Below are positions 52,606 to 61,380 of a stretch of DNA of 64,000 nucleotides, one piece after another. The number at the start of each line of letters is the position of its first letter. The stretch's first letter is position 1. The position numbers and the translations under genes were made by a program. The stretch covers positions 26,809 through 90,808 of the forward strand of contig JBCKNF010000003.1 of NCBI GenBank assembly GCA_038902815.1, written 5' to 3'. Under the pieces are notes generated by a model. It was not told the DNA's origin, made no database searches, and saw only the letters and a program-made list of their open reading frames with translations. This DNA comes from Polaromonas sp. (GTDB lineage Bacteria > Pseudomonadota > Gammaproteobacteria > Burkholderiales > Burkholderiaceae_C).

Positions 52606-52792
52606 TTGAATAAGTAAATACTAATATGCTTTTGGAAAAAGTAACATAGTGTATTCCCTGATTATTGTTACTAATATTGATATCGTTATCATTGATATTT
52701 CGCAAGGTTTTTGCGAATTTTTATTACGATTTCTTCTATTGAATAAGTGAAGACTAATAAGTTTTTGGGAGCCGGACCATAGTGTATTCCCT
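52606..52792. repeat. 54-bp imperfect direct repeat (two copies) upstream of soxY
   Basis: 52606-52659 vs 52739-52792, 44/54 identical without gaps, ending CATAGTGTATTCCCT. Confidence 0.8.
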
Positions 52793-52798
52793 AATCAA

Positions 52799-53749
52799 CT
52801 ATCCCCGGCAAAGCTGGGGCCTAGCTTTTGTCAATGGCATGCCAGGTGTGCAGTTGTTTTTCTGGGCCAGCGCCTGAGCAGCCTTGCCGTCAACCCCACC
52901 TGCAGACGCGGCTGGCTTGGGCGTGTCGGCGGCCTTGGCAGCAACGGCGGGAGCCTGCGCCGCGGCAGCGCTGGCAACAGGCACCTTGCCTTCCGGCCGG
53001 GTTGTATCGGCACCACGCTGGGCGCCCACCAGGCGGTTTTGTTCCGCCAGGTTGCCATGGGCATCACGCGCATAATCCGGCAGCAAGGAAGCCACCTTGG
53101 GCTCGGTTGCACAGTTTTTCATGCACGCCGTATTTTTAACGTCGGGCACCTTCACACCTTTGAACTCGTTGCCCGGCCACATTGCATGCTGCGTCGTCAT
53201 GCCATTTCGGTTGGGCATGCGGGCTTGCACCTCGGCAATGTTCTTGTCCGACAGCGTGAAGTTATCCGGCACCACGCCGGCCAGGTTCAACATGAATGCC
53301 GTGACCGCATACACCTCTTCGGTGCTCAGCGACTTGGGCTGCGTCCAGGGCATGGCACGGTTGATGTAGTCCCACAACGTCGAGAGGGTCGCCACCTTCA
53401 TCATGGTGGTGCGGCCACCGCTAGGGTCCATCAGATTGACCACCCGACCGGTCTTTACATCCGCAGCCGTGGTGCCGCCGATCAAGGGGGGGAACACCTC
53501 GGTCGCTTCACCGAAAACGCCGTGGCAACTGGCACACTTAGCCTCCCACACCCCCTGCCCCTTGGCAACGGACCCGGCTCCAGCCGGAAGCCCCTTGAAG
53601 TCCGGCCGCACATCGATGTCCCATGCCGCCACCTCCTTGGGAGTAGCTGCACGGCCGATGCCAGGATAGGCATTGCCTGCCTGCGCCGCCGCAAGGCCGA
53701 CTGCAGCCATCGCTGCAGCAAGGATGATTGAGTTACGAAAGTTGAACAT
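52799..53749 (-). CDS. soxD: SoxD cytochrome c subunit, second heme domain disrupted
   Basis: AWDIDVRPD, CASCHG, DYINRAMP; reading frame breaks at KNNCT. Confidence 0.88.
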   Translation of the reverse strand: MFNFRNSIILAAAMAAVGLAAAQAGNAYPGIGRAATPKEVAAWDIDVRPDFKGLPAGAGSVAKGQGVWEAKCASCHGVFGEATEVFPPLIGGTTAADVKTGRVVNLMDPSGGRTTMMKVATLSTLWDYINRAMPWTQPKSLSTEEVYAVTAFMLNLAGVVPDNFTLSDKNIAEVQARMPNRNGMTTQHAMWPGNEFKGVKVPDVKNTACMKNCATEPKVASLLPDYARDAHGNLAEQNRLVGAQRGADTTRPEGKVPVASAAAAQAPAVAAKAADTPKPAASAGGVDGKAAQALAQKNNCTPGMPLTKARPQLCRG

Positions 53750-55097
53750 TTTTCACCTCGCCACTTTCCTGAACCAGCCACGATTGAATGGCGTTGTTGT
53801 GATGGAGCGAACGCGTGCCGCGCACGGCCCGCAATTGCTTGTAGGTAGGTTGCACATAGCCGGTATCGTCCATGGCGCGGCTTTGAATGATGGCCGGCTT
53901 GCCATCCCAGACCCAGTCGATGTTGAAGCGCGTGAGCGCCTTCGAAAGCACCGGCGTCTCGAGTCTGGCCTGGCGCCAGTTACGGCCCCCGTCCACAGAC
54001 ACGTCCACCTTCTTGACCTTGCCCCTGCCCGACCAGGCCAGGCCCGTGACGTTGTAGAAGCCCTTGTCGAGCAAGACCTGGCCACCGGAGGGCGTCGTCA
54101 CCACGCTCTTGCACTCCTGCAGGCTGGTGTACTGACGATGCAAGCCGTCGGGCTGCAGGTCCACGTAATGGATGGCCTCGTCCTTGGTGGCGTAAGGCTT
54201 GTCGCCGACCTCGATGCGGCGCAGGTATTTGACCCAACTCACGCCCTGTATGCCGGGCACGACCAAGCGCAGCGGGTAACCGTTTTCGGGACGCAGCATC
54301 TCGCCGTTCTGCCCGTAGGCCACCATGACCTCCCCCGAGGCAATCATGCTCATCGGGATGGTGCGGGTCATGGACGATCCATCGGCACCCTCGGCCAGCA
54401 CGAATTTGCCGTTCTTGAGATCGACCCCCGCCAGTTCGAGCAGGGTGATCAACGGCACGCCGGTGAACTCGCTGCACGACAGCATGCCGTGGCTGTATTG
54501 CACTGTGGGCACCGCCACGTTGCCCCACTCCATGGCGGTATTGGCACCACACTCGATGAAATTAAAACGCGAGACCGATGGCAAACGCATGATCTCGTCC
54601 ATGGTGAACACCTTCGGCTTGCTGACCATGCCGTTGATCATGAAACGGTGCTTCGAAGGATCAATGTCCCACCAGCCCTGGTGATGCCGCTCGAAGTGCA
54701 AACCACTGGGCGTGACGATGCCGAACAACGACTGCAAGGGCGCAAACGACACCGAGGACTGCGTGGTCTGGGTCAAGCCCGGACTCTGGCGGCGCTGCAA
54801 ATTGGCCTCGTACGTCGAGGGCTTGCCGTAGCCCTCCGTGGCCACGCCCTGCCCCAGGCCCGTGCTGTGCTCGGGCAGGTTCAGAATGTTCGGATCCCCG
54901 CCCCCGGTGGCTACCGGGTTGCTCTGGGCCAGAACACCCGTCGTCGCTGTGCCGGCAATGGCCGCGGCGAACGCGTTGCGAATAAAGTCGCGCCGACCAC
55001 GCCGGGCCTGCTCAAACACGGTTTTGACATCGTTCTGACTGATGAAGTTTTCAGGCGCTTTTTGCACCCTGCCGAAAGGAATGTCTTCTTGCTTCAT
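53733..55097 (-). CDS. soxC: Sulfane dehydrogenase molybdoprotein SoxC
   Basis: Tat GRRDF, HFERHH, FIECGAN, ENGYPLRL. Confidence 0.95.
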   Translation of the reverse strand: MKQEDIPFGRVQKAPENFISQNDVKTVFEQARRGRRDFIRNAFAAAIAGTATTGVLAQSNPVATGGGDPNILNLPEHSTGLGQGVATEGYGKPSTYEANLQRRQSPGLTQTTQSSVSFAPLQSLFGIVTPSGLHFERHHQGWWDIDPSKHRFMINGMVSKPKVFTMDEIMRLPSVSRFNFIECGANTAMEWGNVAVPTVQYSHGMLSCSEFTGVPLITLLELAGVDLKNGKFVLAEGADGSSMTRTIPMSMIASGEVMVAYGQNGEMLRPENGYPLRLVVPGIQGVSWVKYLRRIEVGDKPYATKDEAIHYVDLQPDGLHRQYTSLQECKSVVTTPSGGQVLLDKGFYNVTGLAWSGRGKVKKVDVSVDGGRNWRQARLETPVLSKALTRFNIDWVWDGKPAIIQSRAMDDTGYVQPTYKQLRAVRGTRSLHHNNAIQSWLVQESGEVKNVQLS

Positions 55098-55185
55098 ATG
55101 AACTCCTTGATGCGCGCATCATTGATTTATTGCATAAGAATATTAGCAATAACAAATATCCCTACCGAAAGGAATGTCTTCTTGC
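55067..55185. repeat. 26-bp direct repeat duplicating part of the soxC 5' end, flanking a TTATTGC/GCAATAA palindrome
   Basis: CCCT(G/A)CCGAAAGGAATGTCTTCTTGC at 55067-55092 and 55160-55185; inverted repeat at 55127-55152. Confidence 0.8.
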
Positions 55186-55385
55186 AGCCACGTGAGTTAC
55201 TTGCAAGGGGGAAAACCCCATTACCCATATGGGCTTCCCGACATCACCCTTCGCGGCGATAGACGTACCACGGCTCTTCCTCTAGAATCACTAGATGCAG
55301 TGGGCGAAATACCCATTTCGCCGGGGTCGCTGTATTTCCCTGCCCCCAATAACCGGCTGCGATCAATCACCAATGGAGACAAGAC

Positions 55386-55613
55386 ATGGAATTCAACAAG
55401 GAATTTGACGCATCGGGCCTGGCCTGCCCGCTGCCCATCGTAAAAACCAAGAAGGCACTCGCGGACATGACCTCCGGGCAGGTGCTTCGCGTGATTTCCA
55501 CCGACCCCGGATCGGTGGCCGACATGGCCGCGTTTTCCGAGCAGACCGGCCACACGCTGCTGGAACAAGGCACTGAAGGCGGCAAGCACGTCTTCTATCT
55601 CAAAAAAGCCTGA
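55386..55613 (+). CDS. tusA: Sulfurtransferase TusA
   Basis: DASGLACPLP. Confidence 0.93.
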   Translation: MEFNKEFDASGLACPLPIVKTKKALADMTSGQVLRVISTDPGSVADMAAFSEQTGHTLLEQGTEGGKHVFYLKKA

Positions 55614-55648
55614 ACTTCATCATCGACTGACACCACCGGAGCACACAC

Positions 55649-56119
55649 ATGGCAACAAAAAAAATGGCGCTTATCGCCACCAAGGGTACGCTGGACATGG
55701 CCTACCCACCTTTCATTCTGGCCTCCACCGCCGCAGCGCTGGGCTGGGAAGTCCAGATCTTCTTTACTTTCTACGGCCTGCAATTGCTGCGCAAGAGCCT
55801 GGATGGCATCAAGATCAGCCCGTTGGCGAATCCAGCCATGCCGATGCCGGTGCCCATGCCCGTCTGGGTGCAGATATTGCCTGGCATGGAGTCCATGGCC
55901 ACCATGATGATGAAGAACAAGATGAAGTCCAAGGGCGTGGCATCGTTGCAGGAACTGCGTGACATTTGTCTGGAAACAGATGTCAAGTTTGTCGCCTGCC
56001 AGATGACGGTGGACCTGTTCGAGTTCAAGACCAGCGAATTCATTGATGGCCTCGAGTACGGTGGCGCCGCCACCTTCATGAAGTTTGCCGGCGAGTCCGA
56101 CGTCTGTCTGTTTATTTGA
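55649..56119 (+). CDS. DsrE2-like sulfur trafficking protein
   Basis: YPPFILASTAAA, FFTFYGL, ACQMT; next to tusA. Confidence 0.88.
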   Translation: MATKKMALIATKGTLDMAYPPFILASTAAALGWEVQIFFTFYGLQLLRKSLDGIKISPLANPAMPMPVPMPVWVQILPGMESMATMMMKNKMKSKGVASLQELRDICLETDVKFVACQMTVDLFEFKTSEFIDGLEYGGAATFMKFAGESDVCLFI

Positions 56120-56132
56120 GAGCTAATTTGAC

Positions 56133-57236
56133 ATGAGCGAAGCAATCAGCCCAGCCACCCTGGTCGTATGGGGTGGCTTCCTGCTGGCCTTCTTCTATGG
56201 TGCGGTCGCCAGCAAGACCAACTTCTGCACCATGGGAGCGATCTCGGATGTGGTCAACATGGAGCACTGGGGCCGTGCCCGCATGTGGCTGCTGGCCATT
56301 GTGGTCGCCATGATGGGTGCCAACCTGCTGTATTACTTCGATCTGGTCGATCTGTCCAAGTCGATCTATTACCGCCCAACGCTGCCCTGGCTGTCCCTGC
56401 TGCTGGGTGGCTTGCTGTTCGGCGTGGGCATGACGCTGGCGGGGGGCTGCGCCAACAAAAATCTGCTACGTCTGGGCGCAGGCAGTGTACGTTCGCTGGT
56501 GGTGCTGGTGTTTCTCGCCATTGCCGCCTACATGACACTCAAGGGCCTGTTTGGGCAGTGGCGCGCCAGCTACCTGGACCCGGTGAACATCGATGTATCC
56601 GCATGGGGCCTGTCCGCCATGGGGCTGGCGCAGATTCTTGCCAAGCTGTCCGGCCTTACGGAAAAAACCAGCCTGCTTGCCACCGTGGCCGTGCTCGGGC
56701 TGGGTTTGCTGGTGTTCGTCTTCAAGGACAAGCGCTTTCGCGGCAATATCTCCCAAGTCGTCGGCGCTGCGGCCCTGGGACTGCTGATCGTGGCAGGCTG
56801 GTACCTGACGGGGAACATCGGTTATGGCGAAAACCCCGACACCCTGGAAACCGTGTATTTCGCCACCAACACCCGCACGCTGGAGTCCCTGAGTTTTGTG
56901 GCGCCCATGGCCTTCAGCCTGGAATTGCTGATGCTGTGGACGGACAAGTCCCTGCTGATCAGCTTCGGTATTGCCAGTGCGGCCGGGGTCGTGCTGGGTT
57001 CCTTTGCCTATGCCATCAGCACACGGCAGTTTCGCTCGGAAGGTTTCGCCTCCCTGGAGGATCTGCGCACCCAGTTGATCGGCGCGGTCCTCATGGGATT
57101 CGGCGGCGTCCTGGCGATGGGCTGCACGGTTGGACAGGGTTTGTCGGGCGTGTCCACGCTCGCCATAGGCTCGTTCATCGCGCTGGCCGGCATCGTGTCC
57201 GGCGCGGTCGCCACGATGAAGTGGCAGCAACGCTGA
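56133..57236 (+). CDS. YeeE/YedE family sulfur-compound transporter
   Basis: NFCTMG, AGGC, AMGC conserved Cys motifs. Confidence 0.9.
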   Translation: MSEAISPATLVVWGGFLLAFFYGAVASKTNFCTMGAISDVVNMEHWGRARMWLLAIVVAMMGANLLYYFDLVDLSKSIYYRPTLPWLSLLLGGLLFGVGMTLAGGCANKNLLRLGAGSVRSLVVLVFLAIAAYMTLKGLFGQWRASYLDPVNIDVSAWGLSAMGLAQILAKLSGLTEKTSLLATVAVLGLGLLVFVFKDKRFRGNISQVVGAAALGLLIVAGWYLTGNIGYGENPDTLETVYFATNTRTLESLSFVAPMAFSLELLMLWTDKSLLISFGIASAAGVVLGSFAYAISTRQFRSEGFASLEDLRTQLIGAVLMGFGGVLAMGCTVGQGLSGVSTLAIGSFIALAGIVSGAVATMKWQQR

Positions 57237-57301
57237 AGTCACGCCACGGCGCTTGCGCTCTAGAGTGGCGGCCTTTCCTCATTATTTAAGTGGCCCTACC
57301 C

Positions 57302-57571
57302 ATGAACAACGAAGCGTTAAGAAAAGAACAGCGTATCCTGCGCGCCATGCGCTTGACCCTAGCGAGTGTGGTCAAAGATGCCACACCGCAGGGCGACTAT
57401 CCCAGCCCCTTGTCGGATGACACGATTGAGGGCATCAAGGAATGCTTCACGCTAATATCAAGCCGCGAGCGGGAGTTGGCTGAAGAGTTGGGCATGAACA
57501 CGTCCATGCCGCATTACGTGGATGAAGTGCAGACCTCGAAGGTATTGAATTTCATTAAACTGAAATCGTAG
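57302..57571 (+). CDS. Hypothetical helical protein
   Basis: Compact ORF, KEQRILRAMR..VVKDATP..ISSRERELA. Confidence 0.65.
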   Translation: MNNEALRKEQRILRAMRLTLASVVKDATPQGDYPSPLSDDTIEGIKECFTLISSRERELAEELGMNTSMPHYVDEVQTSKVLNFIKLKS

Positions 57572-57671
57572 GAAATGGGGGTCAGACACCAATTTCGCTG
57601 CGGCGCATCGCGCCGACCCTGCGGGCGAGCCGAAGGCTAGTCGAATTTGGGCTCTGACCCCCATTTCCTAC
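57568..57671. repeat. GGGGTCAGA-ended miniature inverted-repeat element between convergent genes
   Basis: GTAGGAAATGGGGGTCAGA...TCTGACCCCCATTTCCTAC. Confidence 0.8.
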
Positions 57672-58705
57672 AAAATCGCGCCCTCACCGATTTCCACCAG
57701 CCGCATTTCCGCCTCTCCCGCACGCCGTGCTTCGATCATTTTGTTCCCCGTCGCGCGCCAATGCTCGCGCCCGCGTGCGACGGCTGCTTTCAGCGGCGCA
57801 AGATTGCCGCTCTCAACCCAGGCCTGATAAGCGCTGGTCGCCAAGGGAAACAATTTTTTACGTATGCCTTCGAAGTTGGCGAAATAGAAATGCAGCGAGG
57901 GCTGCGCATCGCGTTCAATCAACGTCGGCAGGGTCGATAGGCAATCCGCCAAATTGTCGCGCACCGAGCGCGCATACAGCTCGGGACGGCGGCGGCTACA
58001 GGTCATGAGCACCTCGCCCCATGCTTCGTCGCCGTATTCGCGCCCGGCTAAACCCTCGCCAAGCTCGTGCAAAATCATGGCTTCGGCTTCGGCATCGGTC
58101 ATGCGCGTCAGCGATTGATCCGGCGCGCGCTCAAAGTCGTAGCAGGCGAGCGCGCGTCCCAATGCGTTTTCGCGCTGCTGCACACTCCACTCTTCGACTT
58201 TGCTCCAAAGGAAACTTTTTACCGCTTCACGCCGAATGTAGATGGTATTGCCTTGCAAGGCGGCCGGCGGCGCAATCAAGTCACGCGCATATTCGCAGTC
58301 GACTTCCAAAACTTGGAAGCCATCGCGCTGCTCGACACGATGCAAGCGACCGAGAAAGAAATGCGGTCGATGAAAACGGCCATAGCCCGCGCTATACACG
58401 TAACCTTGCGCGACCAATTCTCGATTGACGGTTTCGGCTTCAAACGTGTCGCACGCGCCGCTGGACAGCGGCATGGGGCGGTAAGGCTGATCTTCGAGGG
58501 TGCTCCACAATTGTTCGCGCTCGATCAGCCAATTGCCCAGATCATCCTTGGGCAAATTGTCGGTATAGGGGATATCGTATTCCCAGCGGTAGTACTGGCG
58601 CATCTCCAACAAAAAGATGCACATAGTCATGTCTTGCGCATGACGTGCGTCGGTTATGTGGCAATTGGTTTGAACCGCATCCACGAGTTCATGGAAATTT
58701 TGCAT
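57668..58705 (-). CDS. Conserved hypothetical protein (Sfum_1244-like)
   Basis: VQTNCHITDA, PHFFLG, ILHELGE (HExxE), RDNLADC. Confidence 0.65.
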   Translation of the reverse strand: MQNFHELVDAVQTNCHITDARHAQDMTMCIFLLEMRQYYRWEYDIPYTDNLPKDDLGNWLIEREQLWSTLEDQPYRPMPLSSGACDTFEAETVNRELVAQGYVYSAGYGRFHRPHFFLGRLHRVEQRDGFQVLEVDCEYARDLIAPPAALQGNTIYIRREAVKSFLWSKVEEWSVQQRENALGRALACYDFERAPDQSLTRMTDAEAEAMILHELGEGLAGREYGDEAWGEVLMTCSRRRPELYARSVRDNLADCLSTLPTLIERDAQPSLHFYFANFEGIRKKLFPLATSAYQAWVESGNLAPLKAAVARGREHWRATGNKMIEARRAGEAEMRLVEIGEGAIL

Positions 58706-58729
58706 CGACTGCCTCGCTGTTCCGATAGG

Positions 58730-59173
58730 CTATGCCTTGGGCGCTGGAGCGCGGCGCCGCGGCTGCCAGGCCACGATGTCGGCGACGATTTTTCCCCAAG
58801 GCAACTCCAGCAGGCTGGCATCGTTGGCCTTGGCCTGTTGCACCATGGTATGAACGTCCGCCCCAGGCGCAGCAAGTGCAGTTTGCAGACCGCGCAGGCC
58901 GCCGCACTGCAACTGCATCACTTTGGCATGGACGATGGAAGCGCCCGCACGGGGCAGGCGCAACGCGAACCTGGCCCGCTCATGAAACAGTTTCTTCAGG
59001 GTGGCGCAGTCGATACGCGCCACTTCAAGGGAGCAGGCCACCACTTCACGCTCGGCCAGCGCATGCGGCCTGGCCAAATTGCACTGCACGCAGCCAACCA
59101 GAATGGCCCGCTCAAACACGCAGGGTGAAAGATTGATCGCCTGGCGAGACGCGTGATAGCGAAGCTCATCCAT
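58730..59173 (-). CDS. Cys-containing hypothetical protein
   Basis: 147-aa ORF in operon, PCVFERAIL, MQLQCGGL. Confidence 0.65.
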   Translation of the reverse strand: MDELRYHASRQAINLSPCVFERAILVGCVQCNLARPHALAEREVVACSLEVARIDCATLKKLFHERARFALRLPRAGASIVHAKVMQLQCGGLRGLQTALAAPGADVHTMVQQAKANDASLLELPWGKIVADIVAWQPRRRAPAPKA

Positions 59174-59183
59174 ATCGCAGGTC

Positions 59184-59402
59184 TCAGTCGTCGCCCTTCG
59201 GTGGGGCTATACGCACCTGGCACAGCAGGTCTTCGGCTTGCAGCTCATTGTCCGCAAACATGACCTTGATTTTCCCCGGCGCGTTAGTGATTTGCTGGGC
59301 GCGCAGTGCCTTGGCATGGGTTGACGCCTCGTTGTAGGTGGCAAACTCGGTCAATTTATCGAGCTGGGAAAAGGGTTTGACCAGATAGATGTAGTAAGGC
59401 AT
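59184..59402 (-). CDS. Small hypothetical protein
   Basis: MPYYIY..KALRA..FADNELQAE; operon spacing. Confidence 0.65.
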   Translation of the reverse strand: MPYYIYLVKPFSQLDKLTEFATYNEASTHAKALRAQQITNAPGKIKVMFADNELQAEDLLCQVRIAPPKGDD

Positions 59403-59435
59403 GGTGTGTGGATTGCGTTCGTTTTAGTGGCGATT

Positions 59436-59825
59436 TCAGAGGTAGTGTTTGGAGGCGCGGCGCCGCCCCGGCAGGGCCTTCTGGATGATGACGCCGCGCA
59501 CGGCGCTCAGGTCGGCCAGCGGGACATCGGCAAAGGCCGGATTCAGCGGGTGCAGCACCCAGCCCGTGCCCGCCCGCAGTAACTGCCGAAAGGTCCATTC
59601 GTCGTGATGCGAGGCCAGCACATAAGAGCCGTGCGTGGCCAGTCCCGCGGGCTCGATGATGATGATCTCGCCCTCCAAAAACTCAGGCACCATGCTGTGG
59701 CCCAGCACCATCAGCGCAAAGGACTCGCCGCCCCCGCACTCGGGCACATAGGTATCGGCCGCTGCAGCTGTTGCATCGACATAGGTCGCAGCGTGAGGCG
59801 TCAGTGAGTCGGCGGTAGGGAGCAT
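59436..59825 (-). CDS. Stand-alone S24 peptidase-like domain protein
   Basis: FALMVLGHSMVPEF..IIIEP..TFRQL. Confidence 0.75.
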   Translation of the reverse strand: MLPTADSLTPHAATYVDATAAAADTYVPECGGGESFALMVLGHSMVPEFLEGEIIIIEPAGLATHGSYVLASHHDEWTFRQLLRAGTGWVLHPLNPAFADVPLADLSAVRGVIIQKALPGRRRASKHYL

Positions 59826-59826
59826 G

Positions 59827-61305
59827 TCAAAACACCTCGGAGAAGATTTGAGCCGCCGCCACGCCCGAGGCACGCAGTTCGTCGTGCAGTGTGCTGATGA
59901 AACCGGGCGGCCCGGCGAGGTAAAAATCACAGTCAATGTCAAACAGGTCGGCCCGCATGGCTTGGGCAATTTGCCGGGCGCCGACCGCCACATCGTCATG
60001 CGACACCAACTCGTACTCAAACTGGTCCAGCGCATCGGACCAGGCACGGCACTGGTTTTTATAAAAATGCCCGTCACTTTTCGTTGCCAGCCAGAACAGC
60101 GAAAGCGATGGCGCCGTATCCAGCGAGAAGGCATGTTCGATCAGGCTCTTGATCGGGGCAAACCCGCCGTCGCAGGCGGCGAATACCAGCGGACGGTGGC
60201 CGTCGGCCAACACGAACTCACCGGTTGGCCCCAACACCGTCACGCTGGCGCCGGGTTTGATATCGCCCGCAAACAGGTGGCACGCCAGGGGGTTGGACTC
60301 GTCGCGGGCAATGAAAAACAGCAGATTTCGGTCGTCACAAGGGCAACTGGCTACCGGGTAGATGCCGTGTGCATCATCCTGGCCCGGCATCGTCCAGCCC
60401 AGCGACACCGACTGCCCGGCCAAAAAGCGCAGCCGATGCGTGCGCGGTGTCTGCAAATGCAGCAGTTGCGTGTCGGGCGTCAGCACGGTCACGGCGCGCA
60501 CCTGGGCCACGATCTGCTGCTCGGGAATGTCCTGCGGGCCGCTGGCCTCCAACATCTCCAGCGTGAGTTCGCTACTGGCGGCGGTGTGACAGCACATCAG
60601 GGTGTAGCCCTGGGCTTTTTCCGCTTCTGACAAGGGGTAGTCAAAGTGCTGGGTTTTCACGACTTCGCCGGAAATCACGCGCACCTTGCACATGCCGCAG
60701 CTGCCATTGCCGCAACCGTAGTTGAGCTTGAGCCCGGCGTACAAACCCGATTCCAGCAGGTTGGCATTCCCCTCCACCGAAAACTGGTGCCCGCTGGGGC
60801 GCACCGTGACCTGTGCCGTCATGATTTTGAGCATATCGTCCATTACCTCCAACAAATCCACCGGTTCGGTGGCCAGTGCCTGCGCCAGGCCCTGGGTGAC
60901 TTGCTGCTCCAGTTCGCGCCAGGCCGTGTCGCCCGTGTGTTGCGTGGTCAGCTCCCGAATACGCTTTTGCAGCTCGATCACCAGGGCGTGGTAGCGCTGC
61001 AGGTGTTTGCGCACGTCAGCCAGTTCCTGGCTTTGGGCAAACAGCCGCTGTGCCAGTACCTCCTGGCTGGGCAGCAGGCGCTCGCGCACCCTTCTGCCAA
61101 AGGCTTCTTCCCGGATTTGCAATACGCGCTCGAGCAAACCCGATTCCTCCAGCTTCACGCCGGGGTACAAGCGCAGCAAGGCGTCGGTGGACACCAGGCC
61201 GTCGTCACTTGGCATCAGCGCGCCCGCGCGCACCTGCTGCTGCAACACGCCGCGCGCCACGCCGATCAACTGGGCGGCACGCCAAATGCTGACTTGATGT
61301 GACAT
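59827..61305 (-). CDS. HTH/coiled-coil + 2Fe-2S ferredoxin + FAD/NAD-binding oxidoreductase
   Basis: CGNGSCGMC...LMCC, FLAGQ, GPTGEF, GFAPIKSL, FYLAGP. Confidence 0.82.
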   Translation of the reverse strand: MSHQVSIWRAAQLIGVARGVLQQQVRAGALMPSDDGLVSTDALLRLYPGVKLEESGLLERVLQIREEAFGRRVRERLLPSQEVLAQRLFAQSQELADVRKHLQRYHALVIELQKRIRELTTQHTGDTAWRELEQQVTQGLAQALATEPVDLLEVMDDMLKIMTAQVTVRPSGHQFSVEGNANLLESGLYAGLKLNYGCGNGSCGMCKVRVISGEVVKTQHFDYPLSEAEKAQGYTLMCCHTAASSELTLEMLEASGPQDIPEQQIVAQVRAVTVLTPDTQLLHLQTPRTHRLRFLAGQSVSLGWTMPGQDDAHGIYPVASCPCDDRNLLFFIARDESNPLACHLFAGDIKPGASVTVLGPTGEFVLADGHRPLVFAACDGGFAPIKSLIEHAFSLDTAPSLSLFWLATKSDGHFYKNQCRAWSDALDQFEYELVSHDDVAVGARQIAQAMRADLFDIDCDFYLAGPPGFISTLHDELRASGVAAAQIFSEVF

Positions 61306-61316
61306 GCTGCTTACTC

Positions 61317-61380
61317 GCTATCTTTTTTGTAGCTGTTTATGCAATGAATACGAGGTCTAGAGGCTGATTTATTCATAAAT
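61317..61380 (+). repeat. GCTAT...TAGC-type repeat (copy 4)
   Basis: GCTATCTTTTTTGTAGCTG...GGTCTAGAGGCTGATTT. Confidence 0.55.
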
